Below the pieces are notes generated by a model. It worked only from the letters and a program-made list of their open reading frames with translations, had not been told where the DNA came from and ran no database searches. The translations under genes and the position numbers were made by a program. From IMG/VR virus record IMGVR_UViG_3300033121_000149, positions 1-64,000 of that record: DNA of 64,000 nucleotides; one strand, written 5' to 3'. Source of the DNA: a virus. Below, piece by piece: positions 46,579 through 57,300 of the stretch; within the stretch, counting starts at the first letter, position 1; each line of letters starts with the position of its first letter.

Positions 46579-48445
46579 ATAATTCTAAACGTGCATCTGG
46601 ATTTTGCATTATAATAAATAACGCTGCTTTTTTCTTATCCATATCATTAGTATCAATTGCTTGTTTTAAAGCTTCACCGAAACGACTTGTTTTAGGATTA
46701 GCTAAAAGTTTTGAAGCGGCTGACTGTAATTGTTGAATAGGTGCTTGAAATAAGTTTTTACTTAATTGAGCTGCTGGATTTGCTACTCTACCAGCAACAT
46801 TAGCAACTGCTAGACCTTTACCTTTAGCTAAACCAGCTATTTTAGGTATTACACCAGAAGCAGTAACATCTGTAGAATATTGTTCGTTAAAACGTCCACG
46901 TAATGCTCTAACTTCATCTGAAGCTTTTTTACCTTGTTCTAAAATATCAGAACCTTTAAAACCTTGAACATTATCACCCATACGTTCAGCTATATTACTT
47001 AGTGCTATATTAGACTTAGAACCAATATTTTCTTGTTTAGTAGCTCTTGAAAATATATCTTCTAAGTTACCACGAACTGTTTCATATCTCTTTTCAGGTG
47101 AAATATCTCTAAGTTTAGGTGAGTACTTATTTAATTCACGTTCACCTGCTAGTATATTTTCAGGAACTAATGTTCTGAATTGTTCAAACTTATCAATAGC
47201 TTGTTTATATCCCGGAACTTGAGTTATAAGTTCATCACGTAAAGAATTTTTTAAACTAATTAATTCACTACGCATCATTGCGTCAGTACCTTGTGAACCT
47301 TGTAAAAGATCGATAAACTGTTGAATATCTTTCATTAACACATTAGCTTGATCTGGAGTAATAACTCCATTAGTTTGTGATAATCTGTTGAATATTTTTT
47401 CACCACCACGTGCTTGAGCTATACTAGGATTTTTAATATAAGCATCGTTAAGTGATTTGAACCCCTTATTGACAGTATTTGATATATTAATAGGTTGTCT
47501 AGAGTTATTTAATACTTGTTCAATACCCTTACCTAGATTTTCATCGGTTTCAAATATCTTACTAGTTAAATCATCAACCGGTTCGTATAATGCTTTCTTT
47601 TCTAATTGCGATTTAACATCGAAATCACCGGTATTAATACCTTCAGTACCTTTAGTAAAGTGATAAGCTAAATCTTGAACATATGGATTTACTTTAATAG
47701 CGTCAATAGAATCACTAGCTATTTGTTTACCAACACTACCTGCACTTTGTATACCAGATAATGCTCCGCCTGCTAATGCACCAAATGAACCTTCTTCTAA
47801 AGCACCTTGTAATCTATCGTCTGATTGTTCACCAGCACCCATTAAAGCACCATAACCTGCACCTTCTGCAGCTAATATACCAGCACGTTTACTTGCTTCT
47901 TTAACTACTTCCGGTACAGCTTGTACTAATTTATTTTTACTATAGATATCACCTAATGTAGTACCAGCTTTTTGAGCTGCTGTTTGTGGTATAGGTAACA
48001 CCTTACCTAGAGCAACACTTGATGCTATATTACCAAGAATCTCACCGCCTGTGTAACCAATAGGCGTTCTTTCTTGTGCTTCTTTGTTAAATCTTTCGAA
48101 AAGTTTCTGACTTGTTTCGTATGTATCTTCAGGTTGTTCTATTTGAAACCCTTGAGCTTTTAATTGTTCATCAACATCAGATCCACCTTCAGGTATTAAT
48201 TGATCAACACTTGCAGCTAGTTCGTCTCCCCATTTAAAAGTAGTACCTTGACCTAACCCTGATAGTGTATCAATAGCTTGATCTAAATTACTTGAAACAC
48301 GTTCAGATATTGGACGAATATCTCGCTGTTGAGCAGGTAGCTCTTCAACTTGTTCAAATGGAATATTAGGATCGAACTTAGGTTTGACATCATCAATAGG
48401 TTCAAACGGCTTAGTAGGATCGAACTTAGGTTTATTCATATTCAC
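46556..48445 (-). CDS. virion structural/internal protein (629 aa)
   Basis: Large late-operon ORF, Gly/Ala-rich segments. Confidence 0.5.
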   Translation of the reverse strand: MNMNKPKFDPTKPFEPIDDVKPKFDPNIPFEQVEELPAQQRDIRPISERVSSNLDQAIDTLSGLGQGTTFKWGDELAASVDQLIPEGGSDVDEQLKAQGFQIEQPEDTYETSQKLFERFNKEAQERTPIGYTGGEILGNIASSVALGKVLPIPQTAAQKAGTTLGDIYSKNKLVQAVPEVVKEASKRAGILAAEGAGYGALMGAGEQSDDRLQGALEEGSFGALAGGALSGIQSAGSVGKQIASDSIDAIKVNPYVQDLAYHFTKGTEGINTGDFDVKSQLEKKALYEPVDDLTSKIFETDENLGKGIEQVLNNSRQPINISNTVNKGFKSLNDAYIKNPSIAQARGGEKIFNRLSQTNGVITPDQANVLMKDIQQFIDLLQGSQGTDAMMRSELISLKNSLRDELITQVPGYKQAIDKFEQFRTLVPENILAGERELNKYSPKLRDISPEKRYETVRGNLEDIFSRATKQENIGSKSNIALSNIAERMGDNVQGFKGSDILEQGKKASDEVRALRGRFNEQYSTDVTASGVIPKIAGLAKGKGLAVANVAGRVANPAAQLSKNLFQAPIQQLQSAASKLLANPKTSRFGEALKQAIDTNDMDKKKAALFIIMQNPDARLELYGNEQEE

Positions 48446-50102
48446 CAGTACTTTCGTTTAATGTATAAGTATGTCCGTTTTGTATAACAGTTTTAGATTT
48501 AGGTTTACTTGGTTCTAAATCAACACCTCTTACTTTATATGCAGTATTAGCTCTTTCATCAACTCTGTCTTTAAATGTATTAAGGATTTGTTTAGCTGTA
48601 CTATCTCTCATAAACATTCTACCAGTTGTTGATTCAGGTACTAATGATTGACGAACTAAATGTACTTCCGAAGGTCTTGCGATAGATTTCGGATCTTGTA
48701 ATTTAGCCATATCTGTAGCTATTTCATTGAGAATACCTTGAAGTTGTTCACTTTCAGGTCCAGTAGCTTCTACTGTTCCCACTTTATCAATAAGCTGGTT
48801 AACTCTATCTATATTAGATTTAATATTACGACGAAATCCTTCAACTTCTTCTGTAATTAACTTACGTTTATCTAAACGTTCTAATTCACGTTGATTTTCT
48901 TTATCTTGTTTAGCTTCCGCTTTTTCTTTTGCTAAAATATTAGCAATTTCTTTTCTAGAAGCTGCTGACTCTCTACGAGCTGCTTCATTTTGTTCATATC
49001 CTAATAGTGTATTAAGATTTAAACCAGTAGCTTTTTGTATTTGATTTACTGACATACCTTCAGGTACGTTAACACCGAACTTACTTAATTTCATACGAAG
49101 TTGTGAAGCAAGTGGTGAATTAGGATTATTCAAATCACGTTGAGTATTAAGTTCACGATTAGCTTCTTCCATTTTTCGTTGATCGTCAATGTTAGATATT
49201 AATCGTTGTCCATGTTGTTGTAAGTCACCTGCAAAATCTGGACCCTTAACACCTGTAACGGCTTCATTCATAGCTTGTCCAGCTTTAATAATAGCACCAG
49301 CAACACCTAGATCACTAGCTTGTTGTTGAGCTTGTTTTAAAGCTTGTAAATAATCTAATTGTTCTTGATGATAAGATTGTTGTTTATCTAAATCAGAAGG
49401 TATAGATTCTTGACGTACAGGATTAGCTTGAACTTTTTCTATATTAGATTGACCTTGTACTGATTTTATTTTAGTATCTGGATTAGTTTGTTTAATAGAC
49501 TCTGGATTAGATTGAGATGGTTGTACAGACATTCTTTGAATATTACCAGAATTATCGTCACCTAATTGACTCAAACCATAAATACCGCCACCAATACCTG
49601 CTCCGATACCAAGTTTAGTCAAAAGTGACATTCCCGGATTAGCTTCTTTAGCTGATGTCTCAATAACATCTTCTAATGAAGGTTTTTTAATAGTTGCAGG
49701 TAATTCCGAAACAACTTCTGGTTTACTAACATATTTAGTAATATCACCAGCTTCTTGTTTAGGTATTACGTTCATATCAGGTCGTGTTGATACATTACGA
49801 GATGGACTAGACACCGGAGCATGAAACTCTTTCGATTCTGGAAAGTAATCACTTGGTTTCATTTTAATGTCTGGCTGTTGTAAATACTCGCCTAAATCTT
49901 TAGCATCTACATTATCCGACATTACTTCTTTAGAATAAGGTGCTTTTTTACCGATATTACCTTTAGATATATCTTTAGCACGTTTTTGAGCTGTTCTGTA
50001 CTTATTTACATTAAGAATGTCATCAGAAATAGCACTTGTTGGAGCATTATCTGAAATCTTAAGTAAATCTAATAACGTATCTAAAGCTTGTTTTTTACTC
50101 AT
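48432..50102 (-). CDS. virion structural protein (556 aa)
   Basis: Late operon. Confidence 0.5.
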   Translation of the reverse strand: MSKKQALDTLLDLLKISDNAPTSAISDDILNVNKYRTAQKRAKDISKGNIGKKAPYSKEVMSDNVDAKDLGEYLQQPDIKMKPSDYFPESKEFHAPVSSPSRNVSTRPDMNVIPKQEAGDITKYVSKPEVVSELPATIKKPSLEDVIETSAKEANPGMSLLTKLGIGAGIGGGIYGLSQLGDDNSGNIQRMSVQPSQSNPESIKQTNPDTKIKSVQGQSNIEKVQANPVRQESIPSDLDKQQSYHQEQLDYLQALKQAQQQASDLGVAGAIIKAGQAMNEAVTGVKGPDFAGDLQQHGQRLISNIDDQRKMEEANRELNTQRDLNNPNSPLASQLRMKLSKFGVNVPEGMSVNQIQKATGLNLNTLLGYEQNEAARRESAASRKEIANILAKEKAEAKQDKENQRELERLDKRKLITEEVEGFRRNIKSNIDRVNQLIDKVGTVEATGPESEQLQGILNEIATDMAKLQDPKSIARPSEVHLVRQSLVPESTTGRMFMRDSTAKQILNTFKDRVDERANTAYKVRGVDLEPSKPKSKTVIQNGHTYTLNESTGEYE

Positions 50103-50123
50103 TATTTAACCTGTATAAAGTTG

Positions 50124-50780
50124 TTATTTAAAACTATTTCTTAATCTATTGAATATATTAAATCGTTGTATATCTTGACCGTCAGTATCTGGTTCTTGTT
50201 GTTCACCAGTAGCTTGTAATGCTTGTTTTGGATTTACATCAGCAGGTCCACCTAGTTGTCTAGCCATTTTAAGAGCCTCTAATTTAGCTCTCAATTCCTC
50301 GTCCTTTTGACGATCAGCTCTCATTTCTGGGGTTATAATATCACTCCCCTGTCCCACTGATTCAGCAGAATCTAGTATAGGGATTGCAGCAGATACGTCA
50401 CCTGAGTGCAATGCTTCAGCTACTCCAATAGCAGTACCTAAACCCGGAACCATACTAAGAAGTTTTTTAGCTTTGTATAATTTAGGATTAGAGATACTTT
50501 TAGTAACACCTCCACCCTTTTCTTTAATTTTATCTAAAACTTCTGATAGTGTACCAGCTATAGGTTGTGTACGTTCTAATTGTTTTCTAGAACCACCAGC
50601 TTTTTCAATAACATTAGCAGGTAAATCATTATGAACTAAATTAGAAGGAATTGAACCTCCACCTAATTCACCCATCTCAGCACCTACATCAGCTATTCTT
50701 TTATGACGAGCAGCTTCTTCTGCACGTATAGCTTTAATCCTATCAATAATTTGTTGTTTTTTTAAATCATTATCGTTCAT
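50124..50780 (-). CDS. virion-associated protein (218 aa)
   Basis: Late operon. Confidence 0.45.
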   Translation of the reverse strand: MNDNDLKKQQIIDRIKAIRAEEAARHKRIADVGAEMGELGGGSIPSNLVHNDLPANVIEKAGGSRKQLERTQPIAGTLSEVLDKIKEKGGGVTKSISNPKLYKAKKLLSMVPGLGTAIGVAEALHSGDVSAAIPILDSAESVGQGSDIITPEMRADRQKDEELRAKLEALKMARQLGGPADVNPKQALQATGEQQEPDTDGQDIQRFNIFNRLRNSFK

Positions 50781-50786
50781 TATTTA

Positions 50787-51857
50787 CTACCCAATTTTAC
50801 TAGTGTCTGTTTTTATTGGTGGTTGATATGTTCGTATACCCATAGAACGTTCTCTTTCGAGATTATATTGTCTATCTAAATTAGCCTGATTTTGTTGATT
50901 AGTTTGATTTTGAGCATAAGCACTTGCTAGACCTGAAGCGGCTTGACCTATACCTGCCATTAATCCACCGTAATTACTAGCTTGTCTAGCTAAAACTGTA
51001 TTACCACCTGTTCTAGCATTAGCTTTAGCTTGTGCCAAATCTAACTGATCTTGCCAGTATTGACGTTTAGCTTCTTGTTGACGTAATTTTTCAGTATTAG
51101 CCATTTGTATATTAGCATCTTGAATACGTTGTTTTTCACCTAAATTAGCAGCCTGTGCTTGATTACGAGCTGATATATTACGTTGTTGAACACCTCTACT
51201 ATTTTCAATATTAAATCGAGATAATTCGTCCATAGCAGCAGCTCTTGCTGCGTCTACACCGTAATCTTGTTCTCTAATTTGTCCGGCTAAATTACTTGAC
51301 TGTCCTAGAGCTTGTAGAGCATTCATAGAAGCTTGAGCAGCAATTCTATCACCTTGCTCTGATGCTTGATCGGCACCAGCTTGTGAAGCCTGTAAAGAAG
51401 CAATAAGTTCGTTTCCCGAACCGCCTTGTCCACGTGCTGCAAAGTTTTGTAATACTTGTTGTCTTTTAGCTTCGACATCTCTTTGTACTTCCTGTCTTAC
51501 TTTATTTAAAGCTGCTCTATCTTCAGGTGTTAATCCTGCTTTTCCTCGTTGAGAAATTAATTGTAATGCTTGCATTTGTTGATCACGTAATTCAGGAGCA
51601 CGTTCTTTAAGTTCTCCCATCTTACTAGATTGCATTTCAATTTCTTGTTCAAGTTCTGGAGTTAATACACCTGCTTGAGCAAATTGTTGATAGATAATTT
51701 CCTTAGATAAATCAGGAGGCATTCCTACTTTATTAAGTTCTTCTAATGCTGCAGCTATATTAGCTTGCATCTGAGCATTCATCTTCTTATTTTGTTTATA
51801 AGAAGCTATTGATGTACCTAGATTAATGGCACCTGCACCGGCTGCTGCCCATCCCAT
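50787..51857 (-). CDS. A/Q-rich low-complexity protein (356 aa), internal/ejection or scaffold-like
   Basis: Compositional bias. Confidence 0.45.
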   Translation of the reverse strand: MGWAAAGAGAINLGTSIASYKQNKKMNAQMQANIAAALEELNKVGMPPDLSKEIIYQQFAQAGVLTPELEQEIEMQSSKMGELKERAPELRDQQMQALQLISQRGKAGLTPEDRAALNKVRQEVQRDVEAKRQQVLQNFAARGQGGSGNELIASLQASQAGADQASEQGDRIAAQASMNALQALGQSSNLAGQIREQDYGVDAARAAAMDELSRFNIENSRGVQQRNISARNQAQAANLGEKQRIQDANIQMANTEKLRQQEAKRQYWQDQLDLAQAKANARTGGNTVLARQASNYGGLMAGIGQAASGLASAYAQNQTNQQNQANLDRQYNLERERSMGIRTYQPPIKTDTSKIG

Positions 51858-52285
51858 TATTTACCTTCCTGTTTAATAACGTATAATATTTTATTTTTAT
51901 CTTGTATTGCTATTTTTCCACCCTGACGTTCAATAAATTTACGTGCAGGTGTATTATGTTCATATAATCCAACGAAAAATACTGGACAGAAGTTATCACA
52001 AATCTCTTTCCAGATACCTTCCATGTATTCTTTTTTACGAAAAGTAGGATCAATGAAAAAACTAGTAAGAGCTTGCATTCCATTATTCGATTCTATACCG
52101 AAATAACCAATTATACGACCTTCTCTTTCTAAAAGTTTTGTGTATATTTTATTATCTTCTAACATTTTCCATTCATCATTAACACAACTATCGAGACCTT
52201 CACCTGCACATTGATGATATAGATTAATTAGATTTTCATCACTATCATACATTTCACGTAATAAATCTTTCGTTAATTGTTTCAT
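51857..52285 (-). CDS. GNAT-fold acetyltransferase-like protein (142 aa)
   Basis: RIIGYFGI...LTSFFIDPTFRKK...ARKFIERQGG pattern. Confidence 0.4.
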   Translation of the reverse strand: MKQLTKDLLREMYDSDENLINLYHQCAGEGLDSCVNDEWKMLEDNKIYTKLLEREGRIIGYFGIESNNGMQALTSFFIDPTFRKKEYMEGIWKEICDNFCPVFFVGLYEHNTPARKFIERQGGKIAIQDKNKILYVIKQEGK

Positions 52286-53934
52286 TATGATTTCTTTTTC
52301 TCTTTAAGTATATTTTTTAACATATCGCCATATTTAGCTTGAATTTCCTGTGCCTGACGATTGTACGATTCAGTTTGATCTGTATTCATACCTGCCATTG
52401 ATCTGAATAATCTAGCTAATGTATCATTAGCGTTCTCAGTATATCTAGGTAAATTAGGATAACTACTAAAATCAGAACGCTGATTGTATTCGTTCATAGC
52501 TTTTTGTTGAGCTTGTTGGAAAGCTGGATTATAGATACCTTGATCACTGACAGCATTTACAACCTGTTGATTAACATATTTATTAACATCACCAAATTGT
52601 TTTTGTAATTCTGGATTTGAATAAAAAGTATTAGCTGCTGTATTACGTACATTATTTATCATGTTACGTGTTTGTTCATTTAAAATATAATCTTGCTTAC
52701 CTGAACTATCAGTAGCTCCCATAGTATTAACTAATCTGTTATAATCTATATTAGCACCTAATGTATTAAGGTGTTGTAAGCTTCCTTTTAAACCAGCGTC
52801 ACCTGCACCTAATCTACCAAGGGCTGTAGCTCTTTCTAATTCTTTACGAGCTTCTATATCTTTATTACCGATATCTTGTTTAAATTTATCAACATCGAAA
52901 CCAGCTTTTGCTGCTTTATATTGTCCAGCTTTTTCTAGATCGTATTTATCTTGTCTACCCATTAACTTCTGTAGTGCGTTAATACGAGCAGCGTTCATTT
53001 TTTCAATAGTATCAGCTTCACTAGTTGGAACTGATGAACCTTCACGTTTTAAATAATCAGCAAAATTTCCACCCATTGCTGATCTACCCATTAAATCAGT
53101 AATACCTAATGCTTCAGCATCTTCTTTACTAATTTCACCCTTAGCTAAATCTTCACGTAAAGCATTAAGTTTTGCATCAACATCTGTTGACGCTTTAGCT
53201 TTTGCTTCGAAATCAGAACGAGCTAAATCTTCTTGTGCTTTATTTTTTTCAGCTAACATTCTAGATGTTTCATCAGCGAAGCCCTTAGCTTGCTGAGTAT
53301 ACATACTAGATAGATTGGCTGCTTCATTTTTAGCACGTGATAAATCTTCGTCTAATCCTGAAGTATATCGTCTAACAGCGTTTAATGCTCCGGGTTGAGC
53401 TGATAACAATAAGTTATCTATACGTTGTTGACCTACATTATATTGTCCACCACCTGCGTATCTTTGTAGTAAACCTTGTCTACCACCGCTTGTTTGTGTC
53501 ATTCTACCTAAAGCTTGAGCGTTTTCAGTTTGAGCTTGTAACTCACCTTCGTTTTGTAATTGTTGTGGACCTGAATAAGCACCTGAACGGAACTTTTCGA
53601 ATTGTCCTACTTCTTGTTCACCAACAACAGGAGGTGTGTCTTGAGTTTGTTCCACTTTATTTAAAACATTACTACGAGCTGCTCTATTGGCTTCAGTATC
53701 TAATCTACCTTGATTTGCTTGGTCTCTAAACTGAGATGCTGATCCTCGAATATTTTGTCTAGCTTGTTCTGATTGACCTAATACACCTTGAGATACTGCT
53801 TGTCCGAGTCTGTTATTAGTGTTAGCTTGTAACACTCTATTAATGTTAGTAAACCCTGAACCTCTTCTTTGTTGTTGAGGATTTTGAGGTTTAAAACCTT
53901 GATTTTGTTGATTCTTAGGATCGTTAAAAGCCAT
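52285..53934 (-). CDS. Q/N-rich low-complexity virion protein (549 aa)
   Basis: Compositional bias. Confidence 0.45.
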   Translation of the reverse strand: MAFNDPKNQQNQGFKPQNPQQQRRGSGFTNINRVLQANTNNRLGQAVSQGVLGQSEQARQNIRGSASQFRDQANQGRLDTEANRAARSNVLNKVEQTQDTPPVVGEQEVGQFEKFRSGAYSGPQQLQNEGELQAQTENAQALGRMTQTSGGRQGLLQRYAGGGQYNVGQQRIDNLLLSAQPGALNAVRRYTSGLDEDLSRAKNEAANLSSMYTQQAKGFADETSRMLAEKNKAQEDLARSDFEAKAKASTDVDAKLNALREDLAKGEISKEDAEALGITDLMGRSAMGGNFADYLKREGSSVPTSEADTIEKMNAARINALQKLMGRQDKYDLEKAGQYKAAKAGFDVDKFKQDIGNKDIEARKELERATALGRLGAGDAGLKGSLQHLNTLGANIDYNRLVNTMGATDSSGKQDYILNEQTRNMINNVRNTAANTFYSNPELQKQFGDVNKYVNQQVVNAVSDQGIYNPAFQQAQQKAMNEYNQRSDFSSYPNLPRYTENANDTLARLFRSMAGMNTDQTESYNRQAQEIQAKYGDMLKNILKEKKKS

Positions 53935-53954
53935 ATTACACCACTATATAGTTG

Positions 53955-54374
53955 TTAATTCAATGAGATAACTCGTAATCTATAAGTATTATCAGGTATT
54001 AAACCTGTTATATGATCTATAGAAACACCGTCGTTTGTTTGTGTCCATGATATTGTAACACCTGATGTAGGATAACCTGCAGAATTTGTTAGATTTCTAA
54101 CTGAAACAACTAAAAGACCTTTAACTTGTAGAGTTTCAACTTGGGAATCCTGTTTAAAAGATGTTTTAACTTTAGGAATACCTGAAGCATTTACAACAAC
54201 ATCTAAATCTTTAACAGTTGCTTGAAAGTTATCATCAAATGTTAAACGTTTATTAAGAGCTGAATATAATACTTCTAACCCTTGATTGATTGTTACAGAT
54301 AGTTGATCAACAAGAGATTGATATTCACTTGAGAAATCTGTAGTAATTATTCTTCTAAAATTAGGTAACTTCAT
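53955..54374 (-). CDS. hypothetical virion protein (139 aa)
   Basis: Late operon. Confidence 0.5.
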   Translation of the reverse strand: MKLPNFRRIITTDFSSEYQSLVDQLSVTINQGLEVLYSALNKRLTFDDNFQATVKDLDVVVNASGIPKVKTSFKQDSQVETLQVKGLLVVSVRNLTNSAGYPTSGVTISWTQTNDGVSIDHITGLIPDNTYRLRVISLN

Positions 54375-57300
54375 TATTTATAAGCTCTCGTACTTAATCC
54401 AACTTCTGCTGTGATTGTTGTACCTAAAATATCGTAAGATTCTCTAGCTATTGTGTGAGAGAATTTTACTGAGATATATCTACAACGTTGACAGTTTCTT
54501 GGAATATATGTTCTAAATGGAGCTGCATTACTAGCACCACCGAAAAAACCGGCTCCGTAATTACCACTACCGAATATACCGTTACCATCTAAATCAAAAT
54601 TAACTGGTATAAACGCAGGTAAAAGATCTGTTGAAAATTCTAATGTACCACTTGTTACAGCTCTTGTATTAAACATTAGAGTAGCTTCTCTTGCGTGTTT
54701 TAAACTTAACGGATCGCCCATTGTATTAGGGTTATAAGTAAAGCTAGATTTAATAGCTTTGAATATTACAACATCGCCTACGGTATATTGAATATTTTTA
54801 TTAAGTGTTATTGTTTTAGATACTTTATTAACGTTTGTTATAATACTTTCCATTAATGTTACAGTATCAACTTGCATATAATTACTAAATGAAACACCTG
54901 TATCTGCATTTAATTTTGTTACAATTTTATTATAACATTGTTCAATGTCTTTTAAATTCTGATTAAGAGTTTCAAATGTTCCACCTGAAGTGTTACTAAT
55001 AGTTTTCTTAGGTATAGAAAAGTTATTAGCATCTATAACAGTTACAGAATACTCTCCATCATAAGAAGTACCAGTAATATTAACGATACGTCCAGTAAAT
55101 AATCCATGATTGCTCGATGTTATAACAGTTGAATTACCTGCTTGTGTAGCAGTTATCGATCCTGTTTTTAATGAAATTGTTGATAAGTAATCAGTTTGTA
55201 CAACGCCTGTATCATTATCTAATTTAGTAGCAAGTGCTTCTATTTTAGAACGTAAATTATTACCCGAAACAGCTTCTAATGTTGAAAAGAAGTTATTATC
55301 TACAATTCCGGGATCGTTATCTAGAGTCTTTAATAAACTATTAAATTCATATATAGTAAGATACTGAGTTTGAACAAACGCATCTCCTACTTCTACACCT
55401 GTTACTGATGGTAATATTACAGTAGTTCCTGAAAACTTATTATTGTTTATGATAGTATCTACTTCTCTATTAGAATAATCTGTTCTATCGAAGTTTTTAC
55501 GTTCTTGTTCAATGTAATTAGTGTCACCTGCACCTATGTACATCTTATCATCTGAACTAAATATAATACCACACGTATTACTTCTAGTTAATGTTGTCCA
55601 TGTATTTGTTAAATTGGAATAACGATAAGCAATGCTTGCGACTTCATCACTAGGCTCACTGACTGTCCAAACAGTATAACTGTTATCAGACTCATAACCC
55701 ACTCCCCATGTTGCTGTTTTAAAGTTAGTATAATTAGCAGAAGCTAACTTTAATATCTGGTTATCAATAACTCTACTGATAATTTGAACACCAGATTCTG
55801 TAACAGTAACAATCCCTTGAGTAGTCCAGCTATAAACTAAATTATTAGCAACACTCACTGAATCAGGGGCTTTTAATATACAAGAAGAATCGAATAATGA
55901 AACGTTAAAAGGAGCGAACTCTCCTGATATACGATACAACCCATCTTCTTTAAAAACAAATAACGAATCTCTTAACGGAAATATTCTTAAAATTTCTTTA
56001 TCGGTAGCACCTACATCAAAGTAATTTGTGATAGGAACAGCTTCAGGTTGTTGAAACTTTGAGTAGTATACTCTATTAACTTTAATTTCATTTTCAGAAT
56101 AATTAGAGTCAACAGCTTTTAAAATAGAACCACGTACATTAGCTGTACTTGTAGATATATTTAAAACAAAATTATTAGAATCAACAACTAAAGATACTTG
56201 ATGTAAACCATCTAAAGGTGACATTGTACCTATTAATGGAGTAGCATCTGTATTTGTTAATAATACATAATCACCTTGAACTAAACCATGTGAAGGATTT
56301 GTAATAGTAGTTGTAGTACCTGTTGTAACTGCTGTTATGTCAGAATTAGGTTCGATATTAGGATTAAATGAAGAACCTACATTAGAGCTACTTCCTACAA
56401 CGTAAAATGTATTATCAGATAAATCTTTAGATTCTAAAAGAATTTTACCCGGAACATCTTGTGCTCCAGATAGATAATAAGCATATACTGGACTATCATC
56501 ATTTTTATTTATAATTCTAACTAACGATCTAGCTGTAGCATCTACTGATCTAGCTGGTGATGTTAAATTAGATAATAGTATTTTTCTATCAACAGCGTCT
56601 TCACCTTGACCTTCAGTTGTTACACCTGTGAAACCTACAGTTCCCGGATTATAGTTACCTACGTATCCAAACTCTGTCTGAAGAACAGTTAAAACACCTG
56701 TTGAAGAACTTACTTCAAAATCATTTACATATAATGAAAGTTGATCACGTGTTTTATCTGCAACCTGAGTAGCTGTATCGACGTTAGTTATTCTAACTTT
56801 AACTGATATGTAACCAGAAGGTATTGTCGGACCTACTGCTGAACCAGATACATCGTACCACACTCTATAAGTAACGCCACGTACTGCTGGTATATCAAAG
56901 TATTGATCGTCCGATATTGTTCCACCTGATGTACATGTAATATCTACAGACTCTTGAATACCTAAAATAAAACTATAAGTAAAGTCATTAATACCATTAG
57001 CGATAGTTATAACAGGATTTAATGAGCTATTATAATCATCAATGATCTTTTGAACACCTAATAGATTAATAAACAATCTATGTCTAGTTCTGGTATTAGC
57101 ATAGAATATAGAATTTCTGAAACGATTAATATCTTTAGCAAACGGAGGTATGTCATTAGCTTGTGTAATACCTTCACCAGTTGCTGCGTTTGTATAGAGA
57201 TTAGCTCCTCTAAATTCATCAGGAGTTTCATCTGTAAATATAATTTCACCTGCTGATAATTCTGCAGATGTTGGATATGCCTCATAAACTAATTGAAGTT

